This document shows, piece after piece, positions 25,559 to 34,131 of a stretch of 34,131 nt of DNA. The notes beneath the pieces are model-generated. The model was given only the letters and a program-made list of their open reading frames with translations. It ran no database searches and had not been told where the DNA came from. Source of the stretch: a virus (lineage: Duplodnaviria; Caudoviricetes). The DNA lies in IMG/VR virus record IMGVR_UViG_3300027715_000022, positions 1 through 34,131 of that record, one strand, 5' to 3'. Positions within the stretch are counted from its first letter, which is position 1. Each line of letters opens with the position of its first letter. A program made the translations under genes and the position numbers.

Positions 25559-25950
25559 AATTCCTCCATCTCAATCAAAAATGCAATATTGCAGGCACAG
25601 TGCCAAATATGCGGCAACCCACTTTCTGGGTCGTTAACCTCACCTTCTAAGTACGCCAACCAGTGACGGTATAAAGCGTCTTGGTATCGTTGCGGCTCGA
25701 CTTTTCGCCAGTTCTCGGGGTCGTGGTATTTCTTGCAGCCGTACTCGCGGATAGCTGTCACGGCCCGGATCAGTGACGACGGGACAAGTGTTGGCCGGGG
25801 CTTTCCGTTGTCGGCTTTTGCGTAATAGTCGACCGTGTTTAAATCTACTTCAGCGAGTTGCCATCTGCCGAGACAGGAACAACTGATGCATGGTTCGTCG
25901 CGTTTATTACTGTTTTTTGAATAACAGTTTTCACAGGTTTTATTGCTCAT
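25555..25950 (-). CDS. dATP/dGTP diphosphohydrolase domain protein (DUF5664-like) with N-terminal Cys motif
   Basis: KADNGKPRPTLVP...YGCKKY..NW....Y.DALYRH......DPESGLPHIWHCACN..FL. Confidence 0.85.
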   Translation of the reverse strand: MSNKTCENCYSKNSNKRDEPCISCSCLGRWQLAEVDLNTVDYYAKADNGKPRPTLVPSSLIRAVTAIREYGCKKYHDPENWRKVEPQRYQDALYRHWLAYLEGEVNDPESGLPHIWHCACNIAFLIEMEEL

Positions 25951-26069
25951 TCACACTCCTCCAATCGGTAAAACAGCACGAATGATTCATAGACGTCAAG
26001 CAGAATAAGTCGGGCGTCATATTTGCCGCAGTGTTTTCCGTGCCGGTGTGGGCATTTATTACAGGTCAT
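25947..26069 (-). CDS. Small Cys/His protein (40 aa)
   Basis: Not in track: MTCNKCPHRHGKHCGKYDARLILLDVYESFVLFYRLEECE; ATGA overlaps at both ends. Confidence 0.5.
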   Translation of the reverse strand: MTCNKCPHRHGKHCGKYDARLILLDVYESFVLFYRLEECE

Positions 26070-26560
26070 GATCGCACCACCCGGTACTCTGATGGTTCTC
26101 CTACTCGAAGTGGTAGAATCAGACCCAACATCTCATCACCATACCAGATATAGATCGGCGCCACCGAACTGTGTTGGGTGTACCGGTAATTAGTGAAGTC
26201 GTCAAGGATGTCCAGATACTTCTGCTGCAAAAGTACCTCAATACCATTTTCATTCAGGAAGATCCGGGAATTGAATTTATTGGTCTGGTAGATATAAGGC
26301 GTCAGCTCCAATGGTTTGGCGTCGCGGTAATCTTTTTCGATAATTTTTGAAAAAGGGAAAGCTGTTGGCTCTTCAACACCCGCCCGGATATAAACAGATT
26401 CTGTTTTATAAAACGCATCTGTCAGAACCGTTTCCATAACCGGGCTTTTGGTTGTGTACATGGCGTAGCCATCAACGATCCAACCCTCGTTTTTATCAAA
26501 AGCCAATAGGTATTTCTTGCCATCTGTGATAAACTTTTTCAGTTTTGATTTATTGAACAT
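26066..26560 (-). CDS. Hypothetical protein, possibly beta-clamp-like
   Basis: Start MFNKSK after GGAGG; DGYAMY...QKYL...APIYI...GLILPLRV. Confidence 0.6.
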   Translation of the reverse strand: MFNKSKLKKFITDGKKYLLAFDKNEGWIVDGYAMYTTKSPVMETVLTDAFYKTESVYIRAGVEEPTAFPFSKIIEKDYRDAKPLELTPYIYQTNKFNSRIFLNENGIEVLLQQKYLDILDDFTNYRYTQHSSVAPIYIWYGDEMLGLILPLRVGEPSEYRVVRS

Positions 26561-26813
26561 TCGCCAGCTCCTCCAATACTCTATTATCTTCAGTGATGAA
26601 TTTTTCAATTAATTCATTGACTTGAATCACTTCACCCGATTTGGTCAATTTTTTAATATTTAAATCTCGATATTTCTTCAACGCACTTTGGATTGTTTTA
26701 TGATATGAAACAAACTTCCAGGATTCTTCACCTTTATTTGATATTTTTCGCTCATACAATGTATAGCAAATATCATCGTTATCGACTTTGTAATTATCAT
26801 TTATTTTAATCAT
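26550..26813 (-). CDS. Hypothetical phage protein
   Basis: MIKINDNYKV.....YTLYERK...YH.TI..AL; GGAGG RBS. Confidence 0.65.
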   Translation of the reverse strand: MIKINDNYKVDNDDICYTLYERKISNKGEESWKFVSYHKTIQSALKKYRDLNIKKLTKSGEVIQVNELIEKFITEDNRVLEELANVQ

Positions 26814-26848
26814 CTGTTTTTTTTCCTCCAAATTCTCTCAAAACAGGG

Positions 26849-27103
26849 TGTAACCTTTTAGTGTAACCTCTTTTTTTCGAAAATACACCCCACAAACGGC
26901 TCTAATATGCAATGTAACTTTGTAACCTGTTTTTTGGCCGAAAAGTTTTTATATACTGTAACTTGGTTTATGTTTATATATACTTTTATTACTATAAAAG
27001 AGGTTACAAGGTTACACCCTTGTAAGAAATGGGATACTGTAGCCGTTTGAAGGCGTAACCTTTTTGTAACTTTTTTGGATTTTGTAACCTCGAAAAAGTT
27101 ACA
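26849..27103. repeat. Putative replication origin with 11 (T/C)GTAAC(C/T) iterons
   Basis: Forward at 26849, 26862, 26913, 26921, 26957, 27054, 27065, 27083; inverted at 27002, 27010, 27097; AT-rich core at about 26941-27000; directly downstream of primase-helicase. Confidence 0.75.
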
Positions 27104-28925
27104 CCCCTTCGTCCTTTTTTACGTAAATCTTTGCTGGTTTTCCCTGAATTCGCTTGAGTTTTATTTCAAGATTCTTTATTTCCTTCAATGTTTCACCAAA
27201 TAATCTGGCACTTTGAACATTCATCCCGTTTTCTTCAGCCCAGGTCTTGTATAACTCATAAACCTCCGGTGGTCGCTTGTCTAATACGCTCTCTATTGCT
27301 AAATCTTCAACGTACACAATTGCACTGTTGTTTTCTTCATGATAACTCTGGTTGAACTGCGTCACCTTGTCCGAATCAGTAAATTTCTGTGTTTGATACA
27401 ACCGCATATAACCTTCAACAATCAGCCGCACCCAATACTTGAGAGCTTTTTCTTCAGTGAGCATTGTAATAAAATTCTTTTGCTTTGTCTTCGGTTTTCC
27501 ATACATCGGCAACCAATCTACCCGGCGTTTATATGATTCACCTTTTTCAAATGTCTTCAGTACATGATTACTGGTGAAGATCAGTGTCGGCGTCAGCTCC
27601 ACACTGTTGGCATTCTTATATAGCTTTCGGATTTCCACAAAATCACAGGTGCTGATATTTTTAAGCATTTTCATCTGTTCATTGTTGATCGGTTCGTCCT
27701 GGATGTCATCGCCCAGGTTCGTAAGCTTCCCCTGCAGCACATTCAAATACCGTTCATCAGTCAGATTCCGAATGCTCAACCCGGAACAATTCTTTGAGTT
27801 GAGTATTGCCCGGATCACTGCCAATAGGGTCCCTTTACCATTTCCACCGTCACCAACGAATATGAAAAACTTACCCATCAGCCGCTTAAACTCTTTATTG
27901 ACAATCAGGCAATGGCCCAATACCTCCATCAACCTCAACCGATAATTATCATCGTGATCGGTTAAATGTCCCAGGTAATCATCAACCATCGCTACCGGTT
28001 CGGCTGCTGGATCATATTCAATATCAATCGAATACGGTGTGAAGTCGGTATAATCGACCTCGATAAATTGACCGTTTCTAAGGATTCCGTTTCTAAACTT
28101 AATGTCAAAGGTTTTTCCGGGATGAATGATCTTGGCCCGGTAATCCATTTGTTTAATAACTTCATCGACATAATTGGTTTTCATTCCTGGACAGTATGTA
28201 AATACCAGGCGTTTAATTAAGTCATCGTCACCTAGGTATTCACCATTCTCATAGAAATACAATTGTTGAGAATACTTAACCACTCGTTTTTCATTCATGA
28301 TCAGATCGGCAACAATCGCTTCACCATCTTTGACGGCATCCATTGACATTTCCCTGCAGATGGTTTCAAGCTCTTTTTCCGGTAATGGTTCTGAAAATAT
28401 TGTCTGGTTGATAAAATTGACGATCAATCGCCAGTTATGAAACGCTCCTAACTGTTTTCGATGTTTGAACAGCGCCGCATTTCGACCGTCGCTTTCACCC
28501 AAACCCAACAATTCTGAATAACTGTTCTTTCCGGTCCCGGGTGTCAGGAAGTTTGGCAAAGGTAGTAATACACCATCGTTATCAACTTTCCTTTTAACCC
28601 CGTTTTGCTTAACCGTCACCGCAAAGGTGTTTTTCTTATGTTTATACTCCACCTCAAATCCCAGCGGTGTCATTCCTTTAGCCCGACTGAAACCTGGTGG
28701 TTTCTTAAAATATATATGAGCGCCCCTAGTTGTCCAAACTGTTTTAGTCTGTAAACCAAATGATTCAATCATTGCGTGGATTTGATCGTGACTTAAACAG
28801 TCAAAATCAACCACCACTTCATCATCAGTCAGAACATAACCGGCATCGTCAAATGTATCCAGTGAATCCGATGTTTCAGGGTTTTTACCACCGTGTTTTT
28901 GTCCAGCTATGAATTCCGCATACAT
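27099..28925 (-). CDS. Primase-helicase (AEP primase, PriCT, D5/P4-type SF3 helicase)
   Basis: VVVDFD, TTRGAHIYF, GRNAALF, Walker A GDGGNGKGT, NLGDDI, LIFTSN, RRV. Confidence 0.88.
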   Translation of the reverse strand: MYAEFIAGQKHGGKNPETSDSLDTFDDAGYVLTDDEVVVDFDCLSHDQIHAMIESFGLQTKTVWTTRGAHIYFKKPPGFSRAKGMTPLGFEVEYKHKKNTFAVTVKQNGVKRKVDNDGVLLPLPNFLTPGTGKNSYSELLGLGESDGRNAALFKHRKQLGAFHNWRLIVNFINQTIFSEPLPEKELETICREMSMDAVKDGEAIVADLIMNEKRVVKYSQQLYFYENGEYLGDDDLIKRLVFTYCPGMKTNYVDEVIKQMDYRAKIIHPGKTFDIKFRNGILRNGQFIEVDYTDFTPYSIDIEYDPAAEPVAMVDDYLGHLTDHDDNYRLRLMEVLGHCLIVNKEFKRLMGKFFIFVGDGGNGKGTLLAVIRAILNSKNCSGLSIRNLTDERYLNVLQGKLTNLGDDIQDEPINNEQMKMLKNISTCDFVEIRKLYKNANSVELTPTLIFTSNHVLKTFEKGESYKRRVDWLPMYGKPKTKQKNFITMLTEEKALKYWVRLIVEGYMRLYQTQKFTDSDKVTQFNQSYHEENNSAIVYVEDLAIESVLDKRPPEVYELYKTWAEENGMNVQSARLFGETLKEIKNLEIKLKRIQGKPAKIYVKKDEGV

Positions 28926-28929
28926 TCAA

Positions 28930-30621
28930 TCACTCCCAACGTTGTAGAACTTTATTAATCAATCTATAGTAGAAATTAATATCCACTGTTTTTCTAAAAT
29001 CTGTCAATTTGTCGCAATCATCATTCCATACTAGCATCTGTTCCGGTGAATCTGGAAAGTGGACCATCCCACCGTCGGTTCTTTTTTTATAAAGCTTCAC
29101 ACCGTTTTTCTTAACTGGGAAGACTCTATTGATCTTGTTGTATTTTACGTCGTGTTCGTCAAATGTCCCCTGATAAGTGCTTCCAGCCTGCAATATGATC
29201 TGAAACAACCGTGGGTTATCAAGATTCTCTTGAATTGTTTCTAGTACGTCCTTTTCATAAACCAATTTATTCACAACTGCAATATCACCGATCCGCATAC
29301 TGTTATTTCTAAACCAGGTGTCACCACCGTACCGCCCAACGTCACCACCTTTGCACTTAATCTGATCGCCAATGGTAGCGACATAATTATTGACATCTTT
29401 TTGAATGAATAAATCAAACCGATCTTCTTCAAGAACAAAACCATAATCATTTTCCCACTCACGCCAGACCGTCTGATATTCGTCAGAATTCGTCGTGAAC
29501 GCCACGCCGTCGGTATTTATATTGATTAGCTTACAAGTGGGTGCCAATCTTTTACACAGGTCATAAAGGATGATCTGGCCGTAAATACAGACACTCTTTG
29601 AAGCTTTTGGGTTGTAGAGCACCGAATATTGATTATTCAACAACCCATAACAACTATTAATAACCAATTTCAGCGCATCCGATAATGTTTTGTCAGTATG
29701 TTTGACCGACAACCGCTTTTCAACGATCCTCCGGTATGTTTCCGTTGCTTGGCCCAATCCATTGAGTTTCATGATAATATTAGGATAAAGTGAAGCCACG
29801 TCCAGCAGCTTCACATTCTCAAACCGTTTTTGTCCGTTACTGGGAACCCCATGGAGTCCTCCAAAAGCGAACTCAATATTACAACCAAATTCTTTATGAG
29901 TATATTTTCCCTTATCTTTGCTGAGCCACAACTCAACCGCCTCGGGTGGTGCTTTTTTTAGGATCTCAAAGTTTCCGTCACTGTCTAATTCTCCTAGTCT
30001 CACGTCGGACCATTTCGGCATCGGTTTCCGTGTCAGCACATTGGCTGAAATTGTTGTCGTATTCCAACGCTGGGCCTTGTCTTTTTGATCATCTCCCAGC
30101 AGATCCACAATTGACCGTTTTGGTATAAAGTATTGTTTTTCTCTGATTTTGAAGATATCAATGGTGGAGTCAACATCATACGAACAGTAATCAATCGTTT
30201 CTTTCAGTTCTTCATCAGTCAGTTTTCGGTCAATGTTAAAGTCAATGCTTGACTCGATGATTGATTTTCCAAAATTACCCTCGATCTTTTTAAGACCCGG
30301 CATCGACACGTCAATCTGTTGGAAGCAGTCCAGGGAATTAATATCTTTGTGGATTTTATAGCATCGCTGGCCGCCAATGATCCGGTCATTTAGTTCCTTG
30401 ATCTGAAAAACACTGTTTCCATTGATCATGGCTGTCAGGATAAAATCATCGTAGTAATAACCGTTGTAAGAGATCAGGGTTTTACCCCTGATCAGCTCAC
30501 CAACTCCGTCAAAATCATTGTGGAAGATTGCCACTGTGTTTTTATCGAGATCTTTGAACACTACTAAGGCATCTTCCTTAAAGACTTCTATATCATAGGC
30601 TAGATATTCCATACCCAGCAC
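28930..30621 (-). CDS. Family B DNA polymerase with 3'-5' exonuclease
   Basis: ExoI YDIE, ExoII YNGYYYD, ExoIII YCSYD; motif A DVASLYP, motif B KLVINSCYG, motif C NTDG. Confidence 0.85.
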   Translation of the reverse strand: MLGMEYLAYDIEVFKEDALVVFKDLDKNTVAIFHNDFDGVGELIRGKTLISYNGYYYDDFILTAMINGNSVFQIKELNDRIIGGQRCYKIHKDINSLDCFQQIDVSMPGLKKIEGNFGKSIIESSIDFNIDRKLTDEELKETIDYCSYDVDSTIDIFKIREKQYFIPKRSIVDLLGDDQKDKAQRWNTTTISANVLTRKPMPKWSDVRLGELDSDGNFEILKKAPPEAVELWLSKDKGKYTHKEFGCNIEFAFGGLHGVPSNGQKRFENVKLLDVASLYPNIIMKLNGLGQATETYRRIVEKRLSVKHTDKTLSDALKLVINSCYGLLNNQYSVLYNPKASKSVCIYGQIILYDLCKRLAPTCKLININTDGVAFTTNSDEYQTVWREWENDYGFVLEEDRFDLFIQKDVNNYVATIGDQIKCKGGDVGRYGGDTWFRNNSMRIGDIAVVNKLVYEKDVLETIQENLDNPRLFQIILQAGSTYQGTFDEHDVKYNKINRVFPVKKNGVKLYKKRTDGGMVHFPDSPEQMLVWNDDCDKLTDFRKTVDINFYYRLINKVLQRWE

Positions 30622-30622
30622 C

Positions 30623-31255
30623 TTATTTCTTTTTCAGCAGCGGTTTGATTTCTGGATAAACAAATTTTCCAAAAGCAGATTTAACCTCGACCATGATTTC
30701 CTGACCGGTCAAGCACCCTGTTTCAATCGCTTCAGCAACTCCAACATGAAACTTTTCTTCAAACTTCTTGTATTGTTTGGCCTGTTTTTGGGGGTTTTTA
30801 AACCACTTCTTGAGGTTCTCCATATACTCTGAATAACTCATATTTGATTGATATGTTTCGTCCTCGTAATCGAATTTAATATGAATGCCAACCCCATCAT
30901 CGGTGATCTCCTTGATTTCGGTTTGAATGATCTGACCGACCATGTCTTTTTCAAATTTCTTGATCTGTTCCGATTCCCAGAGGCTGTTAAATGTGTCGTA
31001 AGCATAAACATCTTTCCGGGTGCCGATGGCTTGAGATAGCTTATCAAAAGTCAGCTTGAAATACTCCTGGCACCATTCTTCTACTTTGGCGGCTTTGTCA
31101 GCATCGGGGGTAAACTTCCCGGTGCTTTCATCGTAGACGTTTTTGTTGAAATTCACTTCCCGGATCTCTCCACGCTCTTCGTGTAAAAATGTCAATGTCG
31201 CTTTTCCATCGTTTGTTGTTACTTCCACTAATTCCAAGTTTTTTAATAATTCCAT
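30623..31255 (-). CDS. Replication-module protein, possibly ssDNA-binding
   Basis: Position between DUF1351 and polymerase; aromatic, beta-rich sequence; function inferred only. Confidence 0.5.
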   Translation of the reverse strand: MELLKNLELVEVTTNDGKATLTFLHEERGEIREVNFNKNVYDESTGKFTPDADKAAKVEEWCQEYFKLTFDKLSQAIGTRKDVYAYDTFNSLWESEQIKKFEKDMVGQIIQTEIKEITDDGVGIHIKFDYEDETYQSNMSYSEYMENLKKWFKNPQKQAKQYKKFEEKFHVGVAEAIETGCLTGQEIMVEVKSAFGKFVYPEIKPLLKKK

Positions 31256-31258
31256 ATA

Positions 31259-32017
31259 TTATTTACCTACTCTTTCAAATTTAATTTTTGTGTCGTTCAT
31301 AAATGCTTCTATGATCATGCTATCTTTTTTATCAAATATTTTATAAATGTAAACCTCAGCATCAGCATCAACCACCACTTCCCCGACCTTCTCGCTCAAC
31401 GCTTTTCGATCACTGACCGTTTTTATCGCCTTGTTCAGATCTTTACAGGCCACATATTCTGTCATAACTTCCTTACTGTCCGGGATGATCTGGATCGTCG
31501 CCATATCACTTTGAATCTTTTCCAACCACTCGACCAGTTCTTTTTCCACGGCTTCAATGCTGACAGTTTTATTCAGATGCCGATTCTCTAAAAAATCATC
31601 AAAAACAAAGATTTCAGAAAAAGTGTATTGCTTAATTCTCCGATCAAACAGGTGTTCAATGACCTCCCTTTTATGGTCCCGTTCGATTTCTTCCAGGTCT
31701 TTGATCTGATCTCTGACCAGACCATCAGCAGCCTTAACAATCCCAACGATCTCCTTGATCTGACCCTCAAACCCGGCGTACGGTTCCAGCAACTCCTTCT
31801 TGACCCTGATCCGTTGATCTTCCAGTGTCTTGATGGATTTATTGACCGCTGCCACCAGTTTCTTGTTGGCCTTAACTGTATCCTCGGTAACTTCCACGGT
31901 CGACAGGTAATCATAGACCTTTTGAGCATCCTCCTTTAATTCGTCGTATTGAGGGAAAATGATATTTCCTTTTGTGACTATAATTGTGTTTATTTCGTTA
32001 ATTTTGATTTCGTTCAT
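31259..32017 (-). CDS. DUF1351-family protein (Gam-like coiled coil)
   Basis: VTEDTVK..KKL.A.VNK....LE..R...KK....PY..FE..IK. Confidence 0.8.
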   Translation of the reverse strand: MNEIKINEINTIIVTKGNIIFPQYDELKEDAQKVYDYLSTVEVTEDTVKANKKLVAAVNKSIKTLEDQRIRVKKELLEPYAGFEGQIKEIVGIVKAADGLVRDQIKDLEEIERDHKREVIEHLFDRRIKQYTFSEIFVFDDFLENRHLNKTVSIEAVEKELVEWLEKIQSDMATIQIIPDSKEVMTEYVACKDLNKAIKTVSDRKALSEKVGEVVVDADAEVYIYKIFDKKDSMIIEAFMNDTKIKFERVGK

Positions 32018-32029
32018 GTAATTTCCTTT

Positions 32030-32641
32030 CTAATAGAAACGTGAAGATTTGTGTAATTCAATCCATTCACTATCTTTGTGTCGTCTATTTGTGTAATAAA
32101 ACGCTTTGCTCTTTTGGGTGCTAAGGTGTCTAAGGCCGCTTCGATACACGTTATAACCGTATTTTCTTATCTGTTTCCGCACCTGTGCCAGTTTGACCTC
32201 ATCGTGATTCGATTCCAGGAACAAATAATCATAGGGTCCTGGTGGAGCGCTATCTAGGTTCGATAAATCAGTGGCATATATGATCCGCTGTGATTCATTT
32301 TCCCAAACATACCCATGGCAAATCACATCATGATCCCCTAAAAATGGGGTGAAAACTGTTTGACCGACGCCGGTGTCAAAACCTTCATTGGTAATCAAAT
32401 CCACCCCGTATTCCTGGTGAACTTCATAGTTTCCCAGTATCGTTATCCGGGGGAACTCTTTTTTTATTTTTGTCAGTGTGGAACCGTTGATGTGATCACC
32501 GTGGATATGGGTCAATAATAGGGTTTTTACGTCGTAAAGATAATCTTTGATAATCTTATACGACACGCCACAATCAACCATCACATCGCCAATGACCACA
32601 CAATTTCCGCTGCTGCCTGATGCTATTATTTCGTAATACAT
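32030..32641 (-). CDS. MBL-fold metallo-hydrolase (putative nuclease)
   Basis: IASGSSGN, DCG, THIHGDH, HD, ATD, ESNHD, HLS, LH. Confidence 0.88.
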   Translation of the reverse strand: MYYEIIASGSSGNCVVIGDVMVDCGVSYKIIKDYLYDVKTLLLTHIHGDHINGSTLTKIKKEFPRITILGNYEVHQEYGVDLITNEGFDTGVGQTVFTPFLGDHDVICHGYVWENESQRIIYATDLSNLDSAPPGPYDYLFLESNHDEVKLAQVRKQIRKYGYNVYRSGLRHLSTQKSKAFYYTNRRHKDSEWIELHKSSRFY

Positions 32642-32859
32642 TATTCGTCACAGTGAAGATCCGCATCTTCTTCATAAACAAAGCTCACTCGTTCGGCTGC
32701 AAAATTGATCATCGTTGACGCTGCTTTCTGGATTGAAATGCCTGCTTCACTGGCCACCTTAACGACCTGATCATATACAGCTCCATCAACCTTGACTACC
32801 TTGTCCCCGACGGCTGACCGGGGCCGTTTCTGTTTGACAAATATTAATTGATCTTTCAT
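32641..32859 (-). CDS. Small putative DNA-binding protein (RHH-like)
   Basis: Beta-helix-helix pattern VVKVDGAVYDQVVKVASEAGISIQKAASTMINFA. Confidence 0.55.
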   Translation of the reverse strand: MKDQLIFVKQKRPRSAVGDKVVKVDGAVYDQVVKVASEAGISIQKAASTMINFAAERVSFVYEEDADLHCDE

Positions 32860-33020
32860 GCTGACACCTCATCTTTACCAAAACCGATCGCCAATAATTC
32901 CGCTTTTTTACGCTCTGCCAGATCCCCTTCAAGCTCTGTTATTTTTTCATTTTGATATTTTATTTTCCATTCCAGTGTTTCGATTTTTTCAAGCAGTATT
33001 TCGATTAATTTACTGTCCAT
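32856..33020 (-). CDS. Small coiled-coil protein (54 aa)
   Basis: Not in track: MDSKLIEILLEKIETLEWKIKYQNEKITELEGDLAERKKAELLAIGFGKDEVSA; AAGGAG RBS. Confidence 0.6.
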   Translation of the reverse strand: MDSKLIEILLEKIETLEWKIKYQNEKITELEGDLAERKKAELLAIGFGKDEVSA

Positions 33021-33210
33021 ATCGCTCCTTTTCTACCCGGGCATTGTGTTCCCAGTCTTCGATTTCTTCCTGTAACTCTGCAATCTCATCTTCCAAAACC
33101 TTGACCTGTGACTGGATATAATCCCAGATCTCCGGCTCTAAATGATCCTTTAGGTCTTCCAGGGCGAACACCGTCACCGGCTTACCCCATATCATCAAGA
33201 CGTCACTCAT
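33010..33210 (-). CDS. Hypothetical protein
   Basis: ORF track; ATGA coupling; acidic coiled coil. Confidence 0.6.
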   Translation of the reverse strand: MSDVLMIWGKPVTVFALEDLKDHLEPEIWDYIQSQVKVLEDEIAELQEEIEDWEHNARVEKERYGQ

Positions 33211-33443
33211 TTCGCCCCCGACCGTTCCAACGCCTTGTCCAGTCTCGTCAGCATCCAGCCATTTGTCCGGAACAGATGCCCGCCTCTGAAGCCCTCAACA
33301 ACCTTGATGTCGTGACAGCCGAGTTTTGAATAAACCAGACCTTTATCCCGCTTGCCGTTGTAGCCGTTGGCTTCCAATATCTCTTTAATCCGTTCCGTTG
33401 ATAAAGTGTGATCAATTGCTTGATCTGCACAGATGCCCATCAT
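33207..33443 (-). CDS. Hypothetical protein
   Basis: ORF track; GAGGTG RBS; coupling. Confidence 0.55.
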   Translation of the reverse strand: MMGICADQAIDHTLSTERIKEILEANGYNGKRDKGLVYSKLGCHDIKVVEGFRGGHLFRTNGWMLTRLDKALERSGAK

Positions 33444-33619
33444 TTAGCCACCTCACCGAAATATTCCGGGTGCTGATGCCGTAAATAATTCCAACATTCA
33501 CCATCAGAAAAAACACCAATTAACCGACCGTCTGTTGTGATCAGTGGCTTTTGTCGCAAATACGACTTATGTGGCGAGTAACCCAGATCCATCAAAACTG
33601 TTTTTAATGATTTACTCAT
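33440..33619 (-). CDS. Hypothetical protein (59 aa)
   Basis: Not in track: MSKSLKTVLMDLGYSPHKSYLRQKPLITTDGRLIGVFSDGECWNYLRHQHPEYFGEVAK; ATGA overlaps at both ends. Confidence 0.55.
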   Translation of the reverse strand: MSKSLKTVLMDLGYSPHKSYLRQKPLITTDGRLIGVFSDGECWNYLRHQHPEYFGEVAK

Positions 33620-34131
33620 CCCACCAACTCACTTTCCTTAATCCCCGTAATCATTTCAAACTTCTTAGCGTCGAAATTAGGAATTTCCTTGATGCACTGT
33701 TTTTGATCATCTCTTAACTTATCCCACCATTCCTGATAAGCCTTGCTGATATCTCGTTCCTTCAAATAACCACCGGTTGTTTCATAGGTCGGGTAATCTG
33801 ATTTCTCTTGATCGGTCATATCATCAGCGTAAATCCATTCGGTAGGTCGGCTGTCAACATCCCCTAACAGACCGTAAGCCCGGCTATTTCGCCATTGGTT
33901 CCAAGTCATTTCGGTTTCTTGATCAAAGAACAATAATTTGTGATCAGCTGTATTGAAGCACCCAGCGTTATTATCAGAAATATTAAAATCGCCTGAGTTC
34001 CAGTGGCCTGAGTTCCGGTGGCCTGAGTTCCAGTGGCCTGAGTTCCAGTGGCCTGAGTTCCGGTGGCCTGAGTTCCGGTGGCCTGAGTTCCAGTGGCCTG
34101 AGTTCCAGTCGCCTGAGTTCCGGTCGCCTGA
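33616..34131 (-). CDS. NSGxx pentapeptide-repeat phage protein (5' truncated by window edge)
   Basis: Frame open from 34131: SGDRNSGDWNSGHWNSGHRN...SGDFN..GCFNT...MTDQEK..YPTYETTGGYLK...IPNFDAKKFEMITGI. Confidence 0.85.
   Translation of the reverse strand, partial: SGDRNSGDWNSGHWNSGHRNSGHRNSGHWNSGHWNSGHRNSGHWNSGDFNISDNNAGCFNTADHKLLFFDQETEMTWNQWRNSRAYGLLGDVDSRPTEWIYADDMTDQEKSDYPTYETTGGYLKERDISKAYQEWWDKLRDDQKQCIKEIPNFDAKKFEMITGIKESELVG
33991..34131. repeat. 15-bp coding tandem repeat GCCTGAGTTCC(A/G)GT(G/C), at least 9.4 copies
   Basis: Directly visible; no spacers. Confidence 0.95.

Noticed and set aside
28930-30621. Protein-primed or primer-independent PolB (pipolin)
   Set aside because: A dedicated primase-helicase and iteron origin are adjacent, and no terminal-protein or pipolin context is seen
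32856-33020. Frameshifted pseudogene at an A-run
   Set aside because: Counting the A6 run shows an intact 54-aa frame
751-33329. All plus-strand ORFs in the track (e.g. 17583-18257, 21558-22277, 12136-12570, 9921-10325) and out-of-frame minus ORFs
   Set aside because: Antisense or alternate-frame shadows of well-supported minus-strand genes, with no recognisable motifs
33991-34131. CRISPR array
   Set aside because: Contiguous 15-bp units without spacers, in frame within a pentapeptide-repeat CDS
1-34131. Integrase, att sites, repressor, tRNA genes, reverse transcriptase
   Set aside because: None recognisable in this window, so temperate lifestyle and DGR status cannot be confirmed here

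Overview
The whole window is one co-oriented (minus-strand) segment of a tailed phage or prophage of a Firmicute (Bacillota) host. The ChW-repeat endolysin suggests a Clostridia host such as Acetobacterium or Eubacterium (inference). Transcription runs right to left through these modules: small early genes with an NSGxx pentapeptide-repeat protein; a replication module (MBL hydrolase, DUF1351, putative SSB, family-B DNA polymerase, AEP primase-SF3 helicase, iteron origin, clamp-like protein, dATP/dGTP diphosphohydrolase); a RinA/ArpU-type late regulator and late promoter; SPP1/PBSX-type packaging and head genes; a PBSX/Xkd-like contractile tail; lysis genes; and a truncated post-lysis gene resembling CLec-fold/DGR-target proteins. 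No integrase, repressor, tRNA or CRISPR array is visible. The most interesting signals are: (i) a free-standing HNH gene with its own sigma-A promoter and a compact, highly paired ~115-nt RNA leader; (ii) a second HNH that appears to have invaded terS, keeping its first ~21 codons, with a complete terS behind it; (iii) three tandem pseudoknots upstream of the GP20 scaffold gene; (iv) a Prp-type LQLFA motif on the tail tube protein; (v) a ~130-aa insertion in the major capsid protein; (vi) seven terminator-like hairpins in the late operon, suggesting antitermination. All family assignments come from motif recognition by eye, not database searches.
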